Source: an uncultured Gemmatimonadaceae bacterium (GTDB lineage: Bacteria; Gemmatimonadota; Gemmatimonadetes; Gemmatimonadales; Gemmatimonadaceae). Taken from it: 64,000 nt of DNA. A model generated the notes under the pieces. That model searched no databases. It saw only the letters and a program-made list of their open reading frames with translations, and was not told the origin of the DNA. The translations under genes and the position numbers were made by a program. The stretch spans positions 1,376,001 to 1,440,000 of the forward strand of contig CAWFQK010000004.1 in the NCBI GenBank assembly GCA_963817955.1, given 5' to 3'. Position 1 is the first letter of the stretch, and every line of letters begins with the position of its first letter. Shown here one piece after another: positions 20,341 to 29,152 of this stretch.

Positions 20341-20364
20341 TAGACCAACAGAACAGATTCTCCC

Positions 20365-20973
20365 ATGTCTCAGCAGCGCTGTTCCCGGTGCGGAGCCGAT
20401 GTCACGACGCGCGAGCTCCCCGGTTTGGGAGTGCGCGAAGTGCTCGTCGATCGTCCTCGTGTGCTCCACCTGTGCACCGGCACCCCCGGATCATCGCGTC
20501 CGGGGGGTAGGTTAGCGCCCGCGTCAGTCGCCCAGCTCGGTGAACCAAAGGGCATCTCCACGCCCGCCAATTCCGATCCCACAGTTCGCAGGCCAGTGGC
20601 AAAGCAGTGCCGGGAGTGTGGCTACCCCATACTCCTGGTCTGGGACAAGACACGTGACTGCTACATGCCCGTGGATCAGGCCACGCGCCAGCCCCATTCT
20701 TGCCGCGCGAGTGATCTAACCAGAAGTGCCGTTGACTGCCCGACATGCGGAGCGCGGGTGAATTCGATGTTTCATCGTGCATCCGGGAAACGTCGCCTCT
20801 TCACCCCGGATGATAGTACGAAGCTGCATCACTGCATCCCGCCCGAGATCGCCGTTCGTCGAAGCGGCGGCGGCAGCCGGTTGGGGTCAGCGGACGGACT
20901 GCAGTCGTATCAGCGTCCTTCCTCCATCGACTGCACGTGTGAGGGCAGCGGTTGCGCCTCGTGCCGCCGATAG
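20365..20973 (+). CDS. Cys/His-rich multi zinc-ribbon protein cassette
   Basis: Three CxxCG...HxC units plus C-terminal CxCxxxxCxxC; fills the cassette. Confidence 0.6.
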   Translation: MSQQRCSRCGADVTTRELPGLGVREVLVDRPRVLHLCTGTPGSSRPGGRLAPASVAQLGEPKGISTPANSDPTVRRPVAKQCRECGYPILLVWDKTRDCYMPVDQATRQPHSCRASDLTRSAVDCPTCGARVNSMFHRASGKRRLFTPDDSTKLHHCIPPEIAVRRSGGGSRLGSADGLQSYQRPSSIDCTCEGSGCASCRR

Positions 20974-20985
20974 CGTGGCGAGGTG

Positions 20986-21075
20986 GTCTAACGAGCGCTG
21001 AACTTGTCGAGCGATCTATGGAAGCTCGCTGCGCTCGCAGCTTATTGAATTCGCTCGCAAGTTAGCTTTGGCGTT
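20986..21075 (+). repeat. attC site split at R' by IS110 type A (continues GTTAGCC at 22621)
   Basis: GTCTAAC gagcgctgaacttgtcgagcga...tcgctcgcaagttagctttggc GTT|IS. Confidence 0.9.
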
Positions 21076-21229
21076 CTATGAGAGTGATTGTCAAGAGCGC
21101 TCTTCGTGCCGGCTGATCGTTTCACCTTTTTCTTCTTGGCAATCAGCCCCGACTCTTTCCTGGCGCGCGAGACCTTCCGCCGGGCAGTCTGCTTTGGCAT
21201 CGTTGTCCTCCCCGTCACTCCAAGGGTTC

Positions 21230-21460
21230 GATCGGACGTGTGCAAGCGATTGGGTCGCGCGGAGGCGAACCATGGTTCTATCTGAGACTCGGCCGCACGG
21301 GCCGGCCTGTCGCTTATTCGGGTTCTGCGGAAGGGCCTATGGTTAGCCGAGTGCCTCGGCGGGACTGCTTGGCCGGGCGAACGCCCAAGATGAGACTGTC
21401 TTCCGCACCCACGTCCCGAATCCTGGAGCCGAGCGGGGGGCAAACGCCCACCTCACGGCG
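21230..21460 (-). ncRNA. Candidate bridge/seek RNA of IS110 type A
   Basis: AACGCCC (21380-21386) and GTTAGCC (21342-21348) match the two sides of the attC core; GTTCTAT (21275-21281) matches the donor junction. The second donor guide was not identified. Confidence 0.5.
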
Positions 21461-21476
21461 TCCGGGATCGCGGACG

Positions 21477-22544
21477 TTAGGTCGCTTGCACCGTCAGTTG
21501 CGTTGGATCGTAGCGTTCTCCTCGTTTCCACAGTCGTAACGTGATCGCCGCGAGCTTGCGCGCGAGCGTCACCCGCGCCAGTTCCTCTCGCATGCCGCGG
21601 CTGAGCAATCCCTGATACCAGTCCCGCAACGCGCCCGGCCGCACGGACGCGGCCGTGGCCGCCCCTTTGAACACATCCTTCACCACGCGGTTGTGATTGC
21701 GATTGAGGCCGCGCGTCTGCACATACCGCCGCCGACGGCGCACCGGCCGCTGACCGTCGAGCTCGTACTCGGCGCTGGTCCGGGTGACGACCGCGAGGCC
21801 CGCGTAGGCCCAGAGGTGGCGCTTCGTGCGGAAGCGCCAGGGCGTCTGCAGCGTCGCGAGGAGGAGCGCGACCCGCACCGGTCCGAGATACGGAATGCTG
21901 CGCAGCCCGGCCCACGCCGGATCTCGTTTCGCTTCCGCGAGCATCGCCGCCTTCGCCTTGGGGCGTAGCTGCTGCAGGACCGCGAGTTCGTCGTACAATG
22001 TCGCGGCCCGGAACCGCACGCCCCGCTCCGCCAACTGCTGCAGCCACGTCCGGCGCCGAGCTGTTTGATAGACGGCGGTGCCGGGCGTCTTGATGCCGCG
22101 CGCCCGAAACAACGCCTTGAGCCGTTGCATCACGCGCGTCGAGTCCTCGACGAGGTTGGTATAGGTCCGCGCCAGCTCCTTGAGGGTCGCGCGATCGCGA
22201 CTGCCATGATAGACGGCCCGGAGCCGCCCGCAGCGCAGCAACTCCGACAACTCGTCGGCATCCGGCTGATCGCCCTTGTTGCCTTGCGGGGCTTGTCCGC
22301 GCCGGTTGCACACGAGGACCCGGTCCACCACGGGCACGAGCAGATCGTGCAGCCACTGCGCCTGCGTGCCTTCCTCAAACGCGACGTGGACGGAGCCACG
22401 CATGCCGCGGAACCAGTCCACGATCGGCGCGGCCTCCGTTGGCAAAATGGTGCGCGCGATCACGCGTCCCGTCTCCTCTCGCACCGTCGTCACCGTAGTT
22501 GCCTGGTGCACATCGAGCCCGACATACTTCAGCGTCCGTTTCAT
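21477..22544 (-). CDS. IS110-family transposase (intact)
   Basis: MKRTLKYVGLDVH, FEEG and KGDQPDA (DEDD RuvC); YAGL...TSA C-terminal domain. Confidence 0.92.
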   Translation of the reverse strand: MKRTLKYVGLDVHQATTVTTVREETGRVIARTILPTEAAPIVDWFRGMRGSVHVAFEEGTQAQWLHDLLVPVVDRVLVCNRRGQAPQGNKGDQPDADELSELLRCGRLRAVYHGSRDRATLKELARTYTNLVEDSTRVMQRLKALFRARGIKTPGTAVYQTARRRTWLQQLAERGVRFRAATLYDELAVLQQLRPKAKAAMLAEAKRDPAWAGLRSIPYLGPVRVALLLATLQTPWRFRTKRHLWAYAGLAVVTRTSAEYELDGQRPVRRRRRYVQTRGLNRNHNRVVKDVFKGAATAASVRPGALRDWYQGLLSRGMREELARVTLARKLAAITLRLWKRGERYDPTQLTVQAT

Positions 22545-22652
22545 GAGAGCGCCTCCTGGCTGGGAGCTGTGGTTGCTCAACAACTCCACATGACCCGTCA
22601 GGGGCGCGCTCTCAATATCCGTTAGCCTGCAACCCTGCCTCCCAACGGCTCC

Positions 22653-23009
22653 ATGACCACTCGCCTTTCTCTCGTGTTCGCCGTGCTGATCGCCGTAGGT
22701 TGCACCAGCGATTCGGCAGACTCGCATGTCGTTCAAGCCGCGGCCCCCGCCTACTCGGCGGAGCAGCGAGCTTCGACGGAGCTAGTCATGAAAAACGCGC
22801 GGGATATCTGCGCCATCCGCGTCGAAGATCCCCACCTAGTCGTTGAATGCAAAGCTGACATTTCTCACGAGAATCAGCTCGCCTTCGCGCGAGCTATCGC
22901 GGATGCGGATGTCGTCCTCAATGGTTCGCCACGCAACATCTATTTCTACCTTCCTGGCGGAGCACAGTTTGCCCAGGCGGACCCAGTAAACGGGATAAGG
23001 CTGAAGTAG
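22653..23009 (+). CDS. Hypothetical lipoprotein cassette
   Basis: Lipobox-like AVGC after a hydrophobic signal. Confidence 0.65.
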   Translation: MTTRLSLVFAVLIAVGCTSDSADSHVVQAAAPAYSAEQRASTELVMKNARDICAIRVEDPHLVVECKADISHENQLAFARAIADADVVLNGSPRNIYFYLPGGAQFAQADPVNGIRLK

Positions 23010-23027
23010 GACGCATCTCGATCTGCA

Positions 23028-23090
23028 GGCTAACGAACGACGCAGCTGTCAAGGGACTGTCCCACTCGCAGCTGACATTCAGGGGATACC
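23028..23090 (+). repeat. Terminal degenerate attC
   Basis: GGCTAAC gaacgacgcagctgtc...cgcagctgac; no R' GTT. Confidence 0.6.
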
Positions 23091-23263
23091 GCGCGGTGAG
23101 TCGGCTTACGCCGCGGCGGATTTCGTGGTGGTGAGGTTGTGCTGAAGCGCCTGCTTGAGCAAGGGCAAATGGCGATGGTTCTTCGCCCGGCAATACTGTC
23201 GCTCCACGGCCCACAAGGCCGCGGCACCGCTTGAATTGCAGCTAGCCCTGGGACTCCACTGCT

Positions 23264-24814
23264 CTATCGACGCGCCACCGCCGCGGGCTCTCGGCGCCAC
23301 TTGGTCGCCTGCTCGTAGCCATACGCCAGCCTGATCAGCCGCGGCTCATCGAACGCCCGGCCGAAGAACGTCATGCCGGCCGGGAGTGTGTTGTCGCGCG
23401 TATACCCCATGGGCACCGTGATGGCCGGCATGCCGGTGGTCGGCGAAAAGACCTGGCTATTGTCTCCTGCGGGGGTGTTCAGGTCGCCAATCAAACGCGG
23501 CGGGTTGCTCCAGGTGGGATAGATCAGCCCGTCGAGCCGCTCGCGATCCATCAGGCGCGTCACTGCTTCGCGCAGCCCGTCGCGGACGCGCTGCCGCGAC
23601 TGACAACCCGGCGTGGAATCGGGAGGCGTATCGACGCGGTTCGCCGCCTCGAGCCGCGCCTGAATGGACGGATGATAGCGACCGCTGCGTACGATCTCGT
23701 CGAGCGACTTCACCGGCACGCCCGGCCCTTGCGATGCCAACCAGGCATTGAACTCGAACCTGAATGGGTTGCAGCCGCCGCGTCCCGAACGCTGAATCGA
23801 ATCGAGCTCGGGCACGAGAACCGTGTCGATGACCGTCGCGCCGGCGCGGCGCAGATCCTCCACGGCTTTGGCAAAGACTCGCGCAACTTCTGGATCCAGC
23901 GTCGGCCTGTCATACGCCTGGCGAAGGATGCCGATGCGTGCACCCTTGAGCCCGTCGCGCACCAACGAGGCGGCGTAATTCGGCAGCGGCTTGTCCTTCA
24001 CGGCGGCCGTGACCGGGTCGGCGGGATCGTAGCCGGCCACCACCTGCAGCACGGCGACGGCGTCGGCCACCGTTCGGGCCATTGGACCAGCCACGTCGGC
24101 AAAGAGACTGAGAGGAGCCACGCCGCCGCGACTCGTCAGACCCATCGTCGAGCGAATGCCGACGAGGGCGTTGTGCGCACTCGGGCCGCGGATGGAGTTG
24201 CCGGTATCTGTTCCGAGTCCCACTTCACCGAGATCGGCGGCGACCGCCGCCGCCGTGCCGCCGGAGGAGCCGGCCGTCACTCGGTCCAGCGCGTACGGAT
24301 TCTTGGTGTAGCCCGGCAGAACCGAATTCACGGTCTCATATGGGCTGAAGGCGAATTCCGCCATATTAGACTTTGCTAGTACGATCGCCCCGGCCTCTTT
24401 CACGCGTTTCACCAGAAACGCGTCACGCGACGGCGCATACCCTTTGAGGGCGATGTTGCCGACGGCCGTCTGCAGTCCGATCGTCTCGAAATTGTCCTTC
24501 ACGATCATCGGAATGCAGTGCAGCGGGCCAACGAGTTGCCGTTCGGCGGCGAAGCGCCGGTCCAGGGAGTCGGCGATCGCCAGCGCATCGGGATTCACCA
24601 CCGTGATGGCGTTGATTGCCGGGCCATGTTTGTCGAACGCCTCAATCCGACGCAGGTAGTCGTCGACGAGGGCGCGGCAGGTGAGACCACCGCCGCGCAT
24701 GGCAGCATGAATGTCGGCGATGGTCGTCTCTTCCACTGGGAAGGGACGCTGTGCACCGAGAGGCACTGCCGCGGTCGCAAGCAGGGCGAGGGCTGAGAGG
24801 TGGCGTCGAAGCAT
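23264..24814 (-). CDS. Secreted amidase-signature enzyme
   Basis: VKDN, GSSGG, GTDTGNSIRGP; signal peptide. Confidence 0.92.
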   Translation of the reverse strand: MLRRHLSALALLATAAVPLGAQRPFPVEETTIADIHAAMRGGGLTCRALVDDYLRRIEAFDKHGPAINAITVVNPDALAIADSLDRRFAAERQLVGPLHCIPMIVKDNFETIGLQTAVGNIALKGYAPSRDAFLVKRVKEAGAIVLAKSNMAEFAFSPYETVNSVLPGYTKNPYALDRVTAGSSGGTAAAVAADLGEVGLGTDTGNSIRGPSAHNALVGIRSTMGLTSRGGVAPLSLFADVAGPMARTVADAVAVLQVVAGYDPADPVTAAVKDKPLPNYAASLVRDGLKGARIGILRQAYDRPTLDPEVARVFAKAVEDLRRAGATVIDTVLVPELDSIQRSGRGGCNPFRFEFNAWLASQGPGVPVKSLDEIVRSGRYHPSIQARLEAANRVDTPPDSTPGCQSRQRVRDGLREAVTRLMDRERLDGLIYPTWSNPPRLIGDLNTPAGDNSQVFSPTTGMPAITVPMGYTRDNTLPAGMTFFGRAFDEPRLIRLAYGYEQATKWRREPAAVARR

Positions 24815-24908
24815 GGCAGGATAGAGCCTATGCAAAAGGTGCGTCTGAGCCGGGGCGCCCATCGTGCTGCTGTGCCGGCCTCGCCGTATCCGGCGATGGC
24901 GAGGTCGG

Positions 24909-25367
24909 CTACTTGGTGACCTGGAGGCTCGCGGCGTCGTTTCGCACCAGTTTCACCCCGGGCAGGTTAGCTCTGATGAAGTAGGTGCCAGGCGTCAGCG
25001 TATCAGAAGCTGCACCGGCGGGGTTGATGCCAATGTGATCCCATCGCGTCTGTACTGTAAACGCCTCGCCAGCGGCCAATGTTTTCGCCGTCAGTGTTAG
25101 GAGACATCCCTCGTCCGCTGGCCGCTGCGGTCCGACGACTTGAGAGTCTGCGGCAACCACTTGAAAGATCGGGGTGGGGCAATCGCCAAAACCGACATCT
25201 TGCGCCGCGTCACCGACGTTCTGGATCGTGAAACTGACGGTGATCGTGTCGCCGAGCCGCACGCTCGGCCGGGGGACGCTCGCCGATACGACAAGGCTTC
25301 CAGACGGCCCGGTCTGTCCTGAACACGCAACAATGCTGATCGCCCCAATTATCGCGCGGATACGCAT
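24909..25367 (-). CDS. Hypothetical lipoprotein with Ig-like fold
   Basis: IVAC lipobox; beta-rich; LTPGTYFIRA. Confidence 0.6.
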   Translation of the reverse strand: MRIRAIIGAISIVACSGQTGPSGSLVVSASVPRPSVRLGDTITVSFTIQNVGDAAQDVGFGDCPTPIFQVVAADSQVVGPQRPADEGCLLTLTAKTLAAGEAFTVQTRWDHIGINPAGAASDTLTPGTYFIRANLPGVKLVRNDAASLQVTK

Positions 25368-25444
25368 TGCTGTGACCTCCTTACGGTCTGACCAGACAGA
25401 AGGTCAAGGATACGTATGGCACGACGGATAAGTAAGGGGGATCT

Positions 25445-27133
25445 TCACTGCTTGACCGTCTCCATCGCCCGCAAGGCCTGCTGCGCCTGCACGGTTTGTG
25501 GACTCGAGATGGCGGCTCCGCTCAACCCCTGAACGAGCGTGCCGTCGCGGGCGTAGAGATCGTTGCCGAAATACAGCGACCCGCCTTTGACGTACGTCGT
25601 GAAGTACACGATGTACACCGGAATCTTGCGCGGCAAAGTGACCTGGTGGTTGTCGGCGCCGTGCATGGCGCTGTCCACTTTCTCCAATGGCCAACCGAGT
25701 ACCCACTGCGCGAGTTGGTCCGCCTTCGCGACACGGATGCAGCCGTGGCTGAATGCGCGAATGTCCTTCTGGAATAACTCGTGGTTCGGCGTATCGTGCA
25801 GATAAATGTTGTAATCGTTTGGGAATATGAATTTCACGAACCCGAGCGCGTTCTTCGGGCCGGGACGCTGCCGCACCGACCGGCGACCCTGGTCGTAGTA
25901 AATCTCCATATCGTTCGCCGCGAGGTAACCAGGTCCCTTGGGGAACACTTCTTTGGCCGCGATGTCCGGGGTGACATTCCAGTAGGGCCGAAACACGACG
26001 TACTCCATGGAATCGCTGAACACCGGCGTCGCCTTGTCCTCGTACTCCTGGCCGACGATCACTTTCATCTCCAGCGAGGCCTGTCCACTGTCATACGCCG
26101 TGAGCTGAAACTGCGGCACGTTGACGATGATGTAGCGGTCGCCGAGTGACCGCGGCATCCAACGATAGCGCTCGAGATTGGCCGCGATCTGCGCGAGCCG
26201 GTATTGCGCGGGGACGTTCATCGCGTCCACCGTTTCCTTGCCGAGCATGCTGTCGACGTTGATGCCGTGCCGCGCCTGAAAGGTCGCGACCGCCCCGGCG
26301 AGCGCCGCGTCGTACACGCGGGGTTTCGTCGCCGAATCGACGGCATAGCCCTCTACCCGGAGTCGCGCGCGAAGCGCCTCGAGGCGTGCTGGCGACTCGG
26401 CGTCGCCGCGGCGAAGCTGCTTGCTGATCGACACGGTATCCCAGCCACCGTTCGTCACCAGCGTGCGGTACCGCTCCAGTTCCACGCGGAGCGAGTCGTA
26501 CCCGGAATCCTGTGGACGCATGCGCACGAGCCCGGCGCCGAGGTCGTCCTCGCGTAGCGTGAACGTGAGCGCGCTGTCCACGTGCTCTTCCAGCGGGTTG
26601 ATGTGCCACGACTGCCCAAGCGACACCGGACTCACCTGTCCGGTGAGCATGTTCTCTCCGTACGTGGCAAATGCCGCCGAGAGAAGGACGTCGGCATTCG
26701 CGAGCTGTTCGGCGGTTGGAGGCGTTCCGCCGAGGGCGTTCAATGCCCGTCCGAGCGCCGCCAACGGATAGCTGTCGAGGCGGAGTGCATCGCTGTCGGC
26801 ATTGGCGACCGTATTGAGCAGCGCCGCGACCCGAGGCTCGTGCACCCCTCGGTCGTTGAGCCAGAGCAGGTTCTCACCGAACGCCGCATAGAGCTTCTTC
26901 ACGTGCTTCCACACATCGGCAGTCACCGGCGGCGGGGCCGAATCGCTCAGCCGCTTCTGGATGGCTTCGTGTACAGTTGCCGCAGGCACGCCCAGGTACT
27001 CAGCCTGCTGCGGCGGCTGCCAGTTGCGTGACACCTCGCCGCTGGCGCGGCCGCCCTGCTTGCATCCGGATACGAACACACCGGCCACAGCGGCAGCGAT
27101 GAACGCGAGCCGGAGCGGGCGATCACAGTTCAT
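25445..27133 (-). CDS. L,D-transpeptidase, YcbB/LdtD-like
   Basis: Peptidoglycan-binding domain (FQARHG); NLERYRW; YLHDTP...SHGCIRV. Confidence 0.92.
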   Translation of the reverse strand: MNCDRPLRLAFIAAAVAGVFVSGCKQGGRASGEVSRNWQPPQQAEYLGVPAATVHEAIQKRLSDSAPPPVTADVWKHVKKLYAAFGENLLWLNDRGVHEPRVAALLNTVANADSDALRLDSYPLAALGRALNALGGTPPTAEQLANADVLLSAAFATYGENMLTGQVSPVSLGQSWHINPLEEHVDSALTFTLREDDLGAGLVRMRPQDSGYDSLRVELERYRTLVTNGGWDTVSISKQLRRGDAESPARLEALRARLRVEGYAVDSATKPRVYDAALAGAVATFQARHGINVDSMLGKETVDAMNVPAQYRLAQIAANLERYRWMPRSLGDRYIIVNVPQFQLTAYDSGQASLEMKVIVGQEYEDKATPVFSDSMEYVVFRPYWNVTPDIAAKEVFPKGPGYLAANDMEIYYDQGRRSVRQRPGPKNALGFVKFIFPNDYNIYLHDTPNHELFQKDIRAFSHGCIRVAKADQLAQWVLGWPLEKVDSAMHGADNHQVTLPRKIPVYIVYFTTYVKGGSLYFGNDLYARDGTLVQGLSGAAISSPQTVQAQQALRAMETVKQ

Positions 27134-27234
27134 CGTCAATTGTCTCACTCTCTTGTTCGGGGACCCCCGGTCCCATAGGGCGAAATACGGGCCAGAGTGG
27201 CCGAGCGCGCTTCATGTCGTCACATTTCGCGCTA

Positions 27235-28071
27235 ATGACTACCCTGACAGTGGCGCTCTTCGTCGCCATCGGTTCGTTCGGCGCCGGTCTACTCGGCGCA
27301 CTCACCGGCCTTGGCGGCGGCATCATTGTCGTGCCGATGCTCACCCTGGTCTTCCACGTCGACATACGGTACGCCATCGGCGCGTCTCTGGTATCGGTCA
27401 TCGGTACCTCGTCCGGCGCGGCGGTCGCCTACGTGCGTGAAGGATTCACCAACGTCCGCGTCGGCATTCTGCTGGAAGTGGGAACGACGCTCGGGGCGCT
27501 GCTGGGTGCCTCGCTGGCGGGGTTCATTCCAACGAGCGCGCTCGCAGTGCTCATGGGGGTGGTACTCCTCTTCACTGCATATCGCTCCATTCAGCCGCGC
27601 GCCGAGCACGCGCTACTCGACACGCCGGACAAGTGGGCAGCGAAGCTGCGCCTCGATTCGACGTATCCAACACTGAACGGACTGCAGCCATACTCCGTGC
27701 AACAGGTGCCGGCCGGCCTGTCTCTCATGTTTCTGGCCGGCATTCTCTCGGCGCTGCTCGGCATCGGGTCGGGGATCATCAAGGTGCTGGCGATGGATCA
27801 GATGATGCGACTGCCATTCAAGGTCTCGACGACGACGAGCAACTTCATGATTGGCGTCACCGCGGCAGCGAGCGCAGGCATCTACCTCCACCGAGGCTAC
27901 ATCGATCCCACACTCGTGTTCCCGGTCATGCTCGGCGTGCTCGGCGGCGCGCTGCTCGGAGCGCGCATTCTCGGGCGCGCCAACACGGGCGTGCTCCGTC
28001 AGATCTTCACGGGCGTCGTGGTGATCATGGCATTGGAGATGTTGTACAAAGGCATCACGGGAGCGGTCTGA
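27235..28071 (+). CDS. TSUP (TauE/SafE) family exporter
   Basis: GLLGALTGLGGG; LLGIGSG; TTSNFMIGVT. Confidence 0.9.
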   Translation: MTTLTVALFVAIGSFGAGLLGALTGLGGGIIVVPMLTLVFHVDIRYAIGASLVSVIGTSSGAAVAYVREGFTNVRVGILLEVGTTLGALLGASLAGFIPTSALAVLMGVVLLFTAYRSIQPRAEHALLDTPDKWAAKLRLDSTYPTLNGLQPYSVQQVPAGLSLMFLAGILSALLGIGSGIIKVLAMDQMMRLPFKVSTTTSNFMIGVTAAASAGIYLHRGYIDPTLVFPVMLGVLGGALLGARILGRANTGVLRQIFTGVVVIMALEMLYKGITGAV

Positions 28072-28457
28072 TGGCCAACACATCACGGTGGAGCGATCAC
28101 GAGGTGGAGCAGCTCATCAGCCGGTTGCTGCTGGTGGGCGTGATGACGTCGGCCGTCATCGTGCTGATCGGCGGGATTCTCCTGCTGATGCAGCACGGCG
28201 GCGAGGTCGTGTCCTACTCGGTGTTCCACGGACAGCCAGCCGAGCTGCGTTCACTGGCGAGCATCGTCCGCGGCGCCGCCACCATGAACAGCCTGGCGAT
28301 CGTTCAGTTGGGCCTGCTGCTGCTCATCGCCACGCCGGTGGCGCGGGTCGCGTTCACCCTCGTCGCCTTTCTGATCCAGCGCGACCGCATGTATGTAGTA
28401 CTCACGACGATCGTGCTGGCATTGCTTCTTTTCGGACTGATCTTTGGCAAGGCATGA
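28071..28457 (+). CDS. DUF1634 membrane protein
   Basis: QLGLLLLIATPVARV motif; usual partner of this TSUP subfamily. Confidence 0.85.
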   Translation: MANTSRWSDHEVEQLISRLLLVGVMTSAVIVLIGGILLLMQHGGEVVSYSVFHGQPAELRSLASIVRGAATMNSLAIVQLGLLLLIATPVARVAFTLVAFLIQRDRMYVVLTTIVLALLLFGLIFGKA

Positions 28458-29152
28458 AGCGTCATCATGCAGTGGTCCGCATCACCCATTGGGTGAATGT
28501 CGTCGCCCTGACGATCATGGTCGGCAGCGGCCTGCGCATCTTCAATGCGTACCCTGCATTCGCCCGGCGCGGTGACACGTTCTGCTGCTACCCGTTCGCC
28601 GGAAAGTCGATTCCCGCCAGCCTGACGTTCGGTGGCTGGCTGGCCGGCGCACGGAACTGGCACTTCGCCATGATGTGGCTGCTCGTTGCCAACGGCCTCG
28701 TGTATCTCGGCTTCATCTATCTCCACGGCGAATGGCGTGACCTGGTGCCGCGCCGCGGTATTGCACGGGATGCCTGGGAGATGGTGCGGTTCTACGTCAC
28801 GGCGCGGAAAGACCATCCGCGACAGGGCAGGTACAATGCACTGCAACGTCTGGCGTATTTCTCCATGCCGGTCGTGGGCGCGCTGGCAGTGCTCACAGGC
28901 ATCGCGATCTGGAAGCCAGTGCAGCTTGCCCCGCTGACCAATGTGTTGGGCGGCTATGTGTGGGCGCGGTACTGGCACTTCTGGGCCATGCTGCTGCTCG
29001 TGGCGCTGACGATCGGCCACGTGTTCATGGTGTTCACTGTCGACCCGTACTCCATTCCCTCGATGATCACCGGCCGCTACCGCGAAGACCGATCGCCGGA
29101 AGCGCGCAACGCGCGGCCGTTCATTCACCTGCGGCCGCGCAGACGAGCATGA
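28454..29152 (+). CDS. Cytochrome b/b6-domain membrane protein
   Basis: RITHW, WHFAMMW, YNALQR, WHF...H heme ligands. Confidence 0.88.
   Translation: MKRHHAVVRITHWVNVVALTIMVGSGLRIFNAYPAFARRGDTFCCYPFAGKSIPASLTFGGWLAGARNWHFAMMWLLVANGLVYLGFIYLHGEWRDLVPRRGIARDAWEMVRFYVTARKDHPRQGRYNALQRLAYFSMPVVGALAVLTGIAIWKPVQLAPLTNVLGGYVWARYWHFWAMLLLVALTIGHVFMVFTVDPYSIPSMITGRYREDRSPEARNARPFIHLRPRRRA

Larger units (their letters stand above)
21076..22620 (-). mobile_element. IS110/IS1111 element type A, copy 2 (complete)
   Basis: CGTT at both junctions; sub-terminal IR TGAGAGTG/CGCTCTCA; 400-bp downstream non-coding region. Confidence 0.92.
1467..23090 (+). mobile_element. Integron gene-cassette array (distal part, about 15 cassettes; integrase not in window)
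   Basis: Recurrent imperfect palindromes running from ...TAAC to GTT... between ORFs. Each cassette's first bases are the reverse complement of its last bases: GTTATACGGCA 1553/TGCCGTATAAC 2024; GTTAGCTCGCC 8209/GGCGAGCTAAC 8654; GTTAGGCCGCA 9998/TGCGGCCTAAC 11436; GTTAGCCTGCA 22621/TGCAGGCTAAC 23034. Confidence 0.92.

Noticed and set aside
1467..23090. attC repeats as CRISPR repeats or REP elements
   Set aside because: They are separated by whole genes and show cassette-specific R'/R'' complementarity diagnostic of integron cassettes.
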